Below, piece after piece: positions 31,050 through 39,697 of a stretch of DNA of 64,000 nt; positions within the stretch are counted from its first letter, which is position 1, and the number at the start of each line of letters is the position of its first letter. Below the pieces are notes generated by a model, which was given only the letters and a program-made list of their open reading frames with translations, had not been told where the DNA came from and searched no databases. A program made the translations under genes and the position numbers. The DNA comes from Fidelibacterota bacterium (GTDB taxonomy: Bacteria; Fidelibacterota; Marinisomatia; Marinisomatales; Marinisomataceae): positions 448,001-512,000 of the forward strand of contig OZ243041.1 in the NCBI GenBank assembly GCA_965212055.1, given 5' to 3'.

Positions 31050-32489
31050 ATGAACTTAGATTTTAAGAAAATACTGTCAAAAGTTGATTATCCTGCCGAT
31101 TGGGTGGGATTGCGTTATGTAGAAGAGGTACAGAATACGTTATCGACAAAAAACTCTGATGTTGATAGTATTAGAAGAATGTCTTCCAAAGGCGTTATGA
31201 TTGATGTGCTTGTAGACGGTCAGTTTGCCTATTATGCAACCCCTTATTTAGATGAAGATCATATTGTGCAAGCAATCAATACTGCATGTAAAAATGCCAA
31301 GGTAGCTTCCAAATATTCTATCTTCCAGTTTGATGGAGCAGAAGTTCGAAAAGGATACGAAGGAAAGTATCGAACAAATTGTTCTGATTCAGTGATGGAT
31401 TTATCTATTGCTGACATGAAAGATCTTGCATTGACAGGAGCAAAAGCTCTATTTCAACCCAAAGAAATTGTTCACGCTGCAGTTGCAATTGAATTAATTC
31501 AACGTACTACCAAGATTTATAGCACTTCAGGAGCTGATATTGATCAAAAAATGGATATTGCATTAATTGAATTATCATCAACAGCACAAAACAAATTAGA
31601 TAGTCAAACTAGATCAAACCATGGAATGAGAGGACATTGTTATCAAACAGGTGCAGAATTTGTTAGAAACTATGATATAAAAGAAGAAGCTGAGATTATT
31701 TCGGAGCAGGCTGTCGAATTGCTTTTGGCTGATCAATGTCCGACAGAAGTAACGGACTTGGTTCTTGCTCCAGATCAAATGATGTTACAGATTCACGAGA
31801 GCGTAGGGCATCCTCTAGAATTGGATCGTATTTTGGGAGATGAACGCAACTTTGCTGGATCTAGTTTTGTTAATCTTACTGATTTTGGTTCCTTGCAGTA
31901 TGGATCAGAATTAATGAACATTGTTTTTGATCCAACAATTGATAATCAATTAGCAACATATGCATTTGATGATGCAGGAATGCCTGCATCAAAAGAACAT
32001 CTGATTAAAGACGGAATCCTCGTTAGAGGACTTGGTGGAATTGAAAGCCAAGTACGATCTGGTGTTAATGGGGTTTCAAACCTTAGAGCTTCCTCTTGGA
32101 ATCGTATTCCTATTGATCGTATGGCTAACATTAATCTATCACCGGGTTTATCAACAAGAGATGAGATGATTGGAAGTGTTAAGCGAGGAGTGTATATGGA
32201 GAGCAATCGTTCTTGGTCTATTGATGATTATCGCAACAAATTTCAGTTTGGTTGTGAGTATGGTAGAATGATTGAAGATGGAAAGTTAACAAAAGTAGTA
32301 AAAAACCCAAATTATAGGGGAATTACCAATCCTTTCTGGAAAAGTTTACATATGGTGGGAGATCAAGACACATTTGAGGTATTTGGTACACCAAATTGTG
32401 GAAAAGGAGAACCAAACCAGGTCGAACGTGTTGGTCATGCTTCTCCATTGTGCTTATTTAAAGATATTCAAGTTTTTGGGGGAATGTAA
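31050..32489 (+). CDS. tldD: TldD-family metalloprotease
   Basis: HESVGH, PIDRMAN, NCGKGEP. Confidence 0.93.
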   Translation: MNLDFKKILSKVDYPADWVGLRYVEEVQNTLSTKNSDVDSIRRMSSKGVMIDVLVDGQFAYYATPYLDEDHIVQAINTACKNAKVASKYSIFQFDGAEVRKGYEGKYRTNCSDSVMDLSIADMKDLALTGAKALFQPKEIVHAAVAIELIQRTTKIYSTSGADIDQKMDIALIELSSTAQNKLDSQTRSNHGMRGHCYQTGAEFVRNYDIKEEAEIISEQAVELLLADQCPTEVTDLVLAPDQMMLQIHESVGHPLELDRILGDERNFAGSSFVNLTDFGSLQYGSELMNIVFDPTIDNQLATYAFDDAGMPASKEHLIKDGILVRGLGGIESQVRSGVNGVSNLRASSWNRIPIDRMANINLSPGLSTRDEMIGSVKRGVYMESNRSWSIDDYRNKFQFGCEYGRMIEDGKLTKVVKNPNYRGITNPFWKSLHMVGDQDTFEVFGTPNCGKGEPNQVERVGHASPLCLFKDIQVFGGM

Positions 32490-33829
32490 TGAAAAAAGAA
32501 ATATTCTATACATTATGCAGCAAGGTATTTGATTGTCTCAATTCAGATGAACAATTGACACTTTTTCTTGAGGGAGAAAACTCACAATATTTCCGTTTTA
32601 ATGATTCTAAATTAAGACAATCTGGCATCATAGAAGATTTTAACTTAACCCTTTCGTTGTACAACAATAATAAGTGTTTACAATCAATGACAACAATATC
32701 TGCAGATTTAGATTCTTCAGTTCGTAAAATTATTAAAGAGATTGATATTTTAAGATTGTCGCTTAACGCAACACCTCCAAGTGATCATATTGTTTTTCCA
32801 GATAAATTTGGTTCAGTAGAAGTAAATGCACTTGGCAACTTGCCAGAAAGAGATAATATACTCGATTCTCTGATGGGAATTATTGATAAAAATACTTTAA
32901 CAGGTGTATGGAGTTCTGGAAAGATTTTCCGTGGATGTTGTACCTCTAATGGAACAAAACACTGGTTTGAAAAAGATTCTTTTCTTTTTGATTTTTCTCT
33001 CATTGATAGGAATGAAAATATGGTCAAGATATTGTATCCTCATTCAAATTGGAATGAATCTGAATTTCATAAAGTATTTACAGATGCTTCAAGCCAATTA
33101 TCTTTAATGGATAAGTCAAGAATAGAGTTAAAACCAGGGAAATATAGAACATGGTTTGAGCCATGTGCTGTTGCTGATTTTATTGATATGTTTTCGTGGA
33201 ACGGTGTGAGTGAATCCTCTATACGAAAAGGATCGAGTTGTTTTATCAAAATGAGGAATGAAAAAAAGAAATTATCTCCTTTATTTTCTTTGGATGAATC
33301 ATTTACAGATTTAACAACTGCCTCATTTAATACAAGGGGAGAAGTGTCTAGTACCGTCTCAATTATTAAGAATGGTGTATTTGAAAACGCTCTTATTAAT
33401 TCTAAAACGGCAAATGAGTATAATCTTGAGTCAAATTATGCTGAAGACGAAAATTCGTGGGGAATGGGGGAATATTTTCGTTCTCCATCTATGCACGGAG
33501 GATCCTTGCATGATGACGATAAATTAAAAGCATTAGATACAGGCTTATTTATGTCCAATATTCATTATTTGAATTGGAGTGATAATTTAGGAGGAAGAAT
33601 TACAGGATTAACGCGTTATGTTTGTTATTGGGTAGAAAATGGAGAAATGATTGCTCCTATTAAAACCATGCGTTTTGACGATTCTTTTTATAATTTTCTT
33701 GGAGATAATTTAGAAGCAGTTGGAGAAAAGGTATTGGCTAGACCAGTTATTGATACTTATGACGGAAGAAATCCAGGGGAAACCAATTGTCCTGGAATAT
33801 TAGTTAATGATTTTGAATTGACCCTCTAA
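32489..33829 (+). CDS. TldE/PmbA-family partner
   Basis: Coupled to tldD; LKPGKYR, ITGLTR..YWVENG, MRFDDS. Confidence 0.88.
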   Translation: MKKEIFYTLCSKVFDCLNSDEQLTLFLEGENSQYFRFNDSKLRQSGIIEDFNLTLSLYNNNKCLQSMTTISADLDSSVRKIIKEIDILRLSLNATPPSDHIVFPDKFGSVEVNALGNLPERDNILDSLMGIIDKNTLTGVWSSGKIFRGCCTSNGTKHWFEKDSFLFDFSLIDRNENMVKILYPHSNWNESEFHKVFTDASSQLSLMDKSRIELKPGKYRTWFEPCAVADFIDMFSWNGVSESSIRKGSSCFIKMRNEKKKLSPLFSLDESFTDLTTASFNTRGEVSSTVSIIKNGVFENALINSKTANEYNLESNYAEDENSWGMGEYFRSPSMHGGSLHDDDKLKALDTGLFMSNIHYLNWSDNLGGRITGLTRYVCYWVENGEMIAPIKTMRFDDSFYNFLGDNLEAVGEKVLARPVIDTYDGRNPGETNCPGILVNDFELTL

Positions 33830-33863
33830 ATATCTATATTTCCACGTTTTTGGGTTGAAAATT

Positions 33864-33937
33864 GGCGTCGTACCCAAGCGGTCTAAGGGATCGGTTTGCA
33901 AAACCGCTATTCGTCGGTTCGAATCCGACCGACGCCT
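33864..33937 (+). tRNA. tRNA-Cys(GCA)
   Basis: CGGT-TTGCAAA-ACCG arm, GGCGTCG/CGACGCC acceptor stem, U73. Confidence 0.96.
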
Positions 33938-33952
33938 CAGGCAAATTATGTT

Positions 33953-34038
33953 GCCCGGGTGGTGAAATTGGTAGACACAAGGGACTTAAAATCCCTCGGA
34001 GCTTAAACTCCGTGCCGGTTCGAGTCCGGCTCCGGGCA
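33953..34038 (+). tRNA. tRNA-Leu(TAA)
   Basis: AGGGA-CTTAAAA-TCCCT arm, long variable arm. Confidence 0.96.
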
Positions 34039-34058
34039 CATTTTAGAGGGATATTTCA

Positions 34059-34790
34059 ATGAAACACTTTGTTTTTTTTCATGGGATCGGAATTAGATCA
34101 TTTTTCTGGGAGAGTATCAGACCTCTTCTCAACAGAGAAAATATACACTATTCATTGATTGATTTGGATTTTACAACTATGGAGACTGGATTTAATTCTG
34201 CGTTAAATAGCGTCGAGAATATCACGAAAAATCACCCTGATAGAGATATTATTCTGGTAGGACATAGTTTGGGCGGTCTTTTTGCAGGATATGTTGCTTA
34301 TAAACTAGGGGAGAGAATTGATAAGTTAATCATTGTTGCATCAGGGCTTTATCCTGAGAAAAAGAAGAAAAAAAGCAATTTTATTAAAAAAAGATTTAAA
34401 AAAATGATGATGAAGCTAATGTTTGGTGGATATATGCCATATTGGGTTACTCAACCTATGTTTTTTACAAATCATACTCCTAAAGAGGCTCAACACCAAC
34501 TTTGGACAAAAACTATAAGAGAAAATCCAAAATTTTTAAAGGAATTTTTGAATTATCGTAATTCATGGCAAAAATTCTATGATAACCCTCATTTTAGCGG
34601 TCCTGATAATGTGTTATGTATTATAAATGATAAAGATAAGATTGTACCAAACCATGCATCGTTATACCTAAAAGATCATTTAAATGCTTCCCATAAAATA
34701 TATGAAGGCGCAGGACATAATGATGTTGTAACATCTAAGAAATTCAATCAAAAATTTGTAAATGATATCATTTCATTTTCACTTATATAA
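34059..34790 (+). CDS. Alpha/beta hydrolase
   Basis: FHG, GHSLGG nucleophile elbow, D(KIVP), GAGHN. Confidence 0.9.
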   Translation: MKHFVFFHGIGIRSFFWESIRPLLNRENIHYSLIDLDFTTMETGFNSALNSVENITKNHPDRDIILVGHSLGGLFAGYVAYKLGERIDKLIIVASGLYPEKKKKKSNFIKKRFKKMMMKLMFGGYMPYWVTQPMFFTNHTPKEAQHQLWTKTIRENPKFLKEFLNYRNSWQKFYDNPHFSGPDNVLCIINDKDKIVPNHASLYLKDHLNASHKIYEGAGHNDVVTSKKFNQKFVNDIISFSLI

Positions 34791-34848
34791 GGAGATAGAA
34801 GAATAACATAAACTAATACTTGAATTATAATTAATTCTTGGATTGATG

Positions 34849-34857
34849 TGTTATAAT
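34849..34857 (+). promoter_or_regulatory. Extended -10 promoter element
   Basis: TGTTATAAT 16 nt upstream of the VOC gene start. Confidence 0.5.
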
Positions 34858-34873
34858 AGTTAATATTTGTCTA

Positions 34874-35284
34874 ATGAGGCCATTTCATTTAGCGTTTCCA
34901 GTTACAGACTTAGACACTACTAAATCATTCTATGTTAATGTTTTACAATGCGATATTGGAAGAACATCTGATCACTGGATTGACTTTGATATGTTTGGGC
35001 ATCAAGTCGTAGCACATTTAGTGGATAATAAAGAAGGTATTGAGACAAATAAAGTAGACGGAGACAACGTTCCTGCGAGTCATTTTGGAGTTATTCTGAC
35101 ATGGAATCAATGGCATGAATTACGTGACCGTCTTATAAGTCATGATATGGAGTTTATTATAGAGCCAAAAATTCGTTTTAAAGGGGAGCCTGGAGAACAA
35201 GCAACAATGTTTTTCCTTGACCCTTGTGGAAATGCTTTAGAATTTAAGTCCTTTAAAGATGATAAACAGATTTTTGCAACTTAA
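34874..35284 (+). CDS. VOC/glyoxalase-family protein
   Basis: PFHLAFPV, FGHQVVAH, HFGV, DPCGNALEFK. Confidence 0.92.
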   Translation: MRPFHLAFPVTDLDTTKSFYVNVLQCDIGRTSDHWIDFDMFGHQVVAHLVDNKEGIETNKVDGDNVPASHFGVILTWNQWHELRDRLISHDMEFIIEPKIRFKGEPGEQATMFFLDPCGNALEFKSFKDDKQIFAT

Positions 35285-35296
35285 TAGAAAGATAAA

Positions 35297-36006
35297 TTGA
35301 GCGATACATATATACCACACTGGACTCCTGAAATTTTTGGATCTTTTTGGTGGAATGGACTCATTTTTCTATCCTTTTTATCTCTATAATATTGATTATG
35401 GGGAGATATATGGATAAGAAAACTCGTCTTTATCTAACATATTCAATGGGAATATATCAATTGGTGATGGCATTTATTCCAGAATTGGTCCAAATTTATA
35501 ACGGAAAATTCGTTCTAGCTTCTGATTTACCACTCGAGATGTGTGGTCTTTCTGGTATTTTAGCAGGAATTGTTATTTTTTATCGCAATCAAACCTTATT
35601 TGAATTCCTATATTTCTGGGGAATTTGTGGTTTTATTCATTCTATCATCAGTCCAGAGTTTACAGGGGGAGATCCGAGTAATTTCCAAGTATTTGATTAC
35701 TATGTTGGGCATTCAATGATTTTTCTTGTTCCTGTATGGCTTATGGTATTTATGGGGAGAAGTCTAACAAAAGGTGCTTTATGGAGGATTGCTCTTTATA
35801 CCCAACCTGTTTTATTATTTGTAGGGACAATCAACGTGCTTGTTGGAGGGAATTATATGTATTTGGCTGAAGCTCCGATTGCAAATAATCCTCTTATATT
35901 AACAAGAGAATGGCCTTGGTATATTCTTCTTTTTGAATTCTTGATGATTATACATTTTATATTGTTATATCTCCCAGCAAAAAAAAGTAGCGTTTCCTCG
36001 ACATGA
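35297..36006 (+). CDS. YwaF/TIGR02206-like integral membrane protein; N-terminus frameshifted at the T5 run 35364-35368
   Basis: DLPLEMC, GGNYMYL..P, WPWYI; upstream frame (TTG 35297) SDTYIPHWTPEIFGSFWWNGLIF joins if one T is added. Confidence 0.75.
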
Positions 36007-37031
36007 CGTTATTAATTACTTATTTTTGTTTAGCATTATTTCTTTCATTTATTTGTTCTTTATTAGAGGCGGTATTGCTTTCTACTCCAAGTTCTTACGC
36101 GTCAATCTTGAAGAGAGAAAACGAGAAAAGTGGACTTATTCTTGATGAGTTTAAAGAGAATATTAACAGGCCATTAGCAGCCATTTTAACCTTAAATACT
36201 TTTGCTCACACAATAGGAGCGGCAGGTGTTGGTGCACAAGTGTTGAAGATTGCAGCGGAAGCTGGAGTATCTGGGGAAGTTTATGTTGCAATAGCGTCAG
36301 GGATATTAACCTTCTTGATTCTAGTTTTTTCTGAAATTATTCCTAAGACATTAGGGAGTACTTATTGGAGAGGGTTAGTTGGTTCTACAGTACGATTTAT
36401 TCAATTCTTAATTTGGGTAACCTATCCATTTGTTTTATTGGCTGAATTTATCTCTAATTTTGGTTCTGATTCTGCTTCTGTTACAAGGGAGGAAGTAATT
36501 GCAATGGCAGAAATGGGTGAAGATGAAGGTGTTTTAGAAGAACAAGAAACAGATTTAATTGAAAATACTCTCCGTCTAAAAGATATTAAAGTTAACGACG
36601 TAATGACCCCAAGAAACGTTATATTCGCCCTTAACAAGGATATGACAGTTGGACAGGTCCTAGAGGAGCATGAAACCCTAGATTTTACCAGAATACCCGT
36701 TTTTGACACAAATTTGGATAATATGATTGGTATGGTGAACCGTTATAATATCATCAATCGTAAAGCAGAAGATCAGTTCAGCACTAGAATGTCAGAGATT
36801 ATTAAGGACATTCCGTGGGTAAATGAGAATGATTCCATTGATAAAGTTTTAGAATTATTTATTGAAAATAGAGATCATTTATGTCTTGTTAAGGACGATT
36901 TTGACACTCTTACTGGTTTAATTACCTTAGAAGATGCAGTCGAAACATTATTGGGGAAAGAAATTGTTGATGAACATGATTCTGTTGTAGATATGAGAAA
37001 TCTTGCGGAAACTAAGATAAACAACAATTAA
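36003..37031 (+). CDS. CNNM/DUF21 plus CBS-pair protein (CorC/HlyC-like)
   Basis: SFICSLLEA, AILTLNT, SEIIPKT, VMTPR, GLITLED. Confidence 0.92.
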   Translation: MTLLITYFCLALFLSFICSLLEAVLLSTPSSYASILKRENEKSGLILDEFKENINRPLAAILTLNTFAHTIGAAGVGAQVLKIAAEAGVSGEVYVAIASGILTFLILVFSEIIPKTLGSTYWRGLVGSTVRFIQFLIWVTYPFVLLAEFISNFGSDSASVTREEVIAMAEMGEDEGVLEEQETDLIENTLRLKDIKVNDVMTPRNVIFALNKDMTVGQVLEEHETLDFTRIPVFDTNLDNMIGMVNRYNIINRKAEDQFSTRMSEIIKDIPWVNENDSIDKVLELFIENRDHLCLVKDDFDTLTGLITLEDAVETLLGKEIVDEHDSVVDMRNLAETKINNN

Positions 37032-37094
37032 TCATTTGAGTTTTTAACAAAGTGTACTAAGTTCGGCACCTAATCACTAAAATAAAAATTAATT

Positions 37095-37634
37095 ATGGCT
37101 AAAAAACAAACATTTACTAGCAAATTAGGAAAAGACAAAAAGAAGTTTAAAGTTGTCAAATATATCCAAACCCTTCTTTCTGAGAAGACAGGACATATCA
37201 AATTTTTGTCTAGAATGATTCGTATGGAAGAAGATGAGAATATTGATCAAGCTTTAAAACGTGAAGAAGAAGAATCTTCTAATGTATTAGCATTTGGGGA
37301 ACAGCCAGAGGAAGGCAGAAGAACCTGTAGAAGAAGCTCCAGGAAGAGGAAGCTGAAGAACCTCAAGAAGAACTCCAGCTGAAGAAACTCAAGAAGAAGC
37401 TCCAGTAGAAGAAGAGCCAACTCCAGAAGAACCATCTCTGAAGAAGCTCCAGTAGAAGAAGAATTAAAAGAGGAACAACCAGCAGAGGAAACTCCAGCTG
37501 AAGAAACTCAAGAAGAAGCTCCAGTAGAAGAAGAAACACCTACTGAAGAGCCAGCAGAAGGAAGTACTCCAGAAGAAGAATCGGCACCTGAAGAAGATTC
37601 AGCTGAAAAAGCTGAAGAATCCTCCAAAGAATAA
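37095..37634 (+). CDS. DUF4295/bL38-like basic N-terminal domain with long Glu/Pro/Ala tail (several frameshifts in tail)
   Basis: MAKKQTF...KYIQTLLSEKTGHIKF resembles DUF4295; tail reads EETPAEETQEEAPVEEE...EESSKE* in shifted frames. Confidence 0.55.
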
Positions 37635-37827
37635 TCTGAAGAGCTCCAGTAGAAGAAGAATTAAAAGCGAACAACCAGCAGAGGAAACTCCAGCTGAAGA
37701 AACTCAAGAAGAAGCTCCAGTAGAAGAAGAAACACCTACTGAAGAGCCAGCCGAGGAAGTATCAGAAGAAGAATCGGCACCTGAAGAAGATTCAGCTGAA
37801 AAAGCTGAAGAATCCTCCAAAGAATAA
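37437..37827 (+). repeat. About 195-bp imperfect tandem duplication (37437-37634, 37635-37827) including the stop codon
   Basis: Both copies run tctgaaga..gctccagtagaagaagaattaaaag...gaatcctccaaagaataa and differ by small indels. Confidence 0.92.
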
Positions 37828-37835
37828 TCAATTTT

Positions 37836-37923
37836 GGAGAGGTGGCTGAGCGGCTGAAAGCGCACGCTTGGAAAGCGTGTTTACGTTAATAGCGTAACGT
37901 GGGTTCGAATCCCACTCTCTCCG
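37836..37923 (+). tRNA. tRNA-Ser(GGA)
   Basis: CACGC-TTGGAAA-GCGTG arm, long variable arm, G73. Confidence 0.96.
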
Positions 37924-37929
37924 CGAAAT

Positions 37930-38062
37930 ATGAGACAGTTTTTATATAGAAAATGGAGTATATTAGGCCATGCTAGCTATGGTATTCCTATATTATCTCA
38001 CTAAAGATATTATTCTCTATATCATTATTCCCTATCTTGTAATGTGGGGGTATAATATTTAA
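37930..38062 (+). CDS. Small membrane protein, paralog of 38066-38272 (30 aa from ATG 37970, or frameshifted from ATG 37930)
   Basis: FLYYLTKDIILYIIIPYLV versus FLYYLIRDVTLYIVIPYLV. Confidence 0.6.
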
Positions 38063-38065
38063 GCC

Positions 38066-38272
38066 ATGTTTAAAACATTTCTTAACGCACTAAATGACCT
38101 TCGGCTCAATACAAGAAAACACGGTTTACGGTATGCGTTAAAAGATGTTTTTAAAAAATATGGATGGAAAGCTGGAGTAGTAATATTCTTATATTATCTC
38201 ATTCGAGATGTGACTCTCTATATCGTTATTCCCTATCTTGTGGGTAAAGGTTTTATTGATTCAATTAATTAA
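38066..38272 (+). CDS. Small hypothetical membrane protein
   Basis: Basic N-terminus, KKYGWK, then a hydrophobic segment. Confidence 0.75.
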   Translation: MFKTFLNALNDLRLNTRKHGLRYALKDVFKKYGWKAGVVIFLYYLIRDVTLYIVIPYLVGKGFIDSIN

Positions 38273-38760
38273 ATAATTAAATACAATACAAATATTGCTA
38301 TCAGCAATGATTTCATTGATTTTCCTATTAAGTAACCTAGTGTTGTACTTATCGCAATTTGAGTTGCTTCTTGAGAATTTTTTCCTAGATTTTTTTCATT
38401 ATAATAGGTTACCAAATATGATCCTATAATCAGACCAAGGAATGTACCAATAATCGGGAGGATGAAACTACCTATAATTGCTCCAATAATTGCACCTAAG
38501 ATTGACAAAAAAGCTGATGAATTTTTTCCACCTTGAAATTTTACCATAACAGCACTCAATAGAAATTCAATAACCTCTAATACTATAAATACGATTAACA
38601 TGGTTATAAGAAAATTTTCTGGTAATTCTTGATAGTTTGTAAATCGATCAATACAGAAAATAGATACCAATAAAACAAAAGTTCCTGGAAGATTAATCCA
38701 TACCAATATAATTGAAATTATAGCTATTAAAACTATTGTAATCGTTATTACATAATCCAC
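38269..38760 (-). CDS. DUF456-like membrane protein
   Basis: LPGT, GG...A...GAIIG...P.IG...G.IIG pattern. Confidence 0.8.
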   Translation of the reverse strand: MDYVITITIVLIAIISIILVWINLPGTFVLLVSIFCIDRFTNYQELPENFLITMLIVFIVLEVIEFLLSAVMVKFQGGKNSSAFLSILGAIIGAIIGSFILPIIGTFLGLIIGSYLVTYYNEKNLGKNSQEATQIAISTTLGYLIGKSMKSLLIAIFVLYLII

Positions 38761-38785
38761 TTATAGTTCCTTAAATATTTGATGG

Positions 38786-39523
38786 TTATTTTCTTAGCAT
38801 TCCTGGTACAGAATTCATTTCAAATTCAATCTCTATTTCATCACGAATGACCCTATCTTTAGCTGTGTCTCTTGTAGAGCGTAATTTATTCCAAAAAGAA
38901 TCAGGATTATCCAGATGCATTTCAGCTCGGTATTGAACGCCAAAATCTGTTCTGTTAAATATTAAGGTTCCAGTTGCTTTTTTCACCTTTGAATCAAGGT
39001 TGATTGTTGCATTAAATGTAATAGGTTTTGTGGTAGATTTAATGGTTAAATCTCCTGTGATTTGAACATTGTATAATCCATCATTAGTTTTCCCAATTAG
39101 TTTAGATGATTTGATATCCAATGAGGCAATAGGGAAGTGTTCTACATCGAAGAAATCTCCAGATCTTAGATGACCAATAAGACGTTCTTTTTTTCCAGGA
39201 TCACTTAGATCTGTATTGGTCATTGTTGCCATATTAATTTCAATTTTTCCTCCTGTCAGATTTTTATCTTCCGTCAAAAAAATTCTTCCTTGTCTAATTT
39301 TCAAGGTACCTGAATGATTGCTGACAGCGAACTTTAATCCGCCTTTCCATTTCAGAATGCTATTTCTTCTATCCAAAATAATTGTTGCAGGAACATCATT
39401 TGAAACAAACCCTTGTTGTTTAGGCATAGCTTCTTTTCTTGGAGTTAATTTTTGTTCTTTTAAATCTAAGCTTTGTGCGGAGATGGTAGTACATAGAACT
39501 AGTAGGTAAATTATTTTTTTCAT
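38786..39523 (-). CDS. YceI-family lipid/polyisoprenoid-binding protein
   Basis: Signal peptide; HLRSGDFFDVEHFP, GDLTIK, RTDFGVQY. Confidence 0.92.
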   Translation of the reverse strand: MKKIIYLLVLCTTISAQSLDLKEQKLTPRKEAMPKQQGFVSNDVPATIILDRRNSILKWKGGLKFAVSNHSGTLKIRQGRIFLTEDKNLTGGKIEINMATMTNTDLSDPGKKERLIGHLRSGDFFDVEHFPIASLDIKSSKLIGKTNDGLYNVQITGDLTIKSTTKPITFNATINLDSKVKKATGTLIFNRTDFGVQYRAEMHLDNPDSFWNKLRSTRDTAKDRVIRDEIEIEFEMNSVPGMLRK

Positions 39524-39608
39524 TTGTTTCTCTTTAGTTTTTTATCAAATAAATTGCGACGCAAAAAATTACTATATATAAACAAGTCATTCAATTAAAT
39601 TTAATCTA

Positions 39609-39695
39609 GGAGGCGTGGCAGAGCGGTTGAATGCACTGGTCTTGAAAACCAGCAAGGGCGCAAGTCCTTCGTAGGTTCGAATCCTACCGCCTCCG
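39609..39695 (+). tRNA. tRNA-Ser(TGA)
   Basis: CTGGT-CTTGAAA-ACCAG arm, long variable arm, G73. Confidence 0.96.
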
Positions 39696-39697
39696 CA

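Noticed and set aside
31050..33829. RiPP (microcin-like) cluster around tldD/E
   Set aside because: No precursor peptide, YcaO or transporter gene is adjacent
33862..34062. 66-aa ORF in the track
   Set aside because: It lies across tRNA-Cys and tRNA-Leu, so it is a shadow ORF
37310..37827. Repeated gaagaagctccagtagaagaaga units as a CRISPR array
   Set aside because: Spacing is irregular, the spacers are not unique, the units encode Glu/Pro/Ala low-complexity protein, and no cas genes are present
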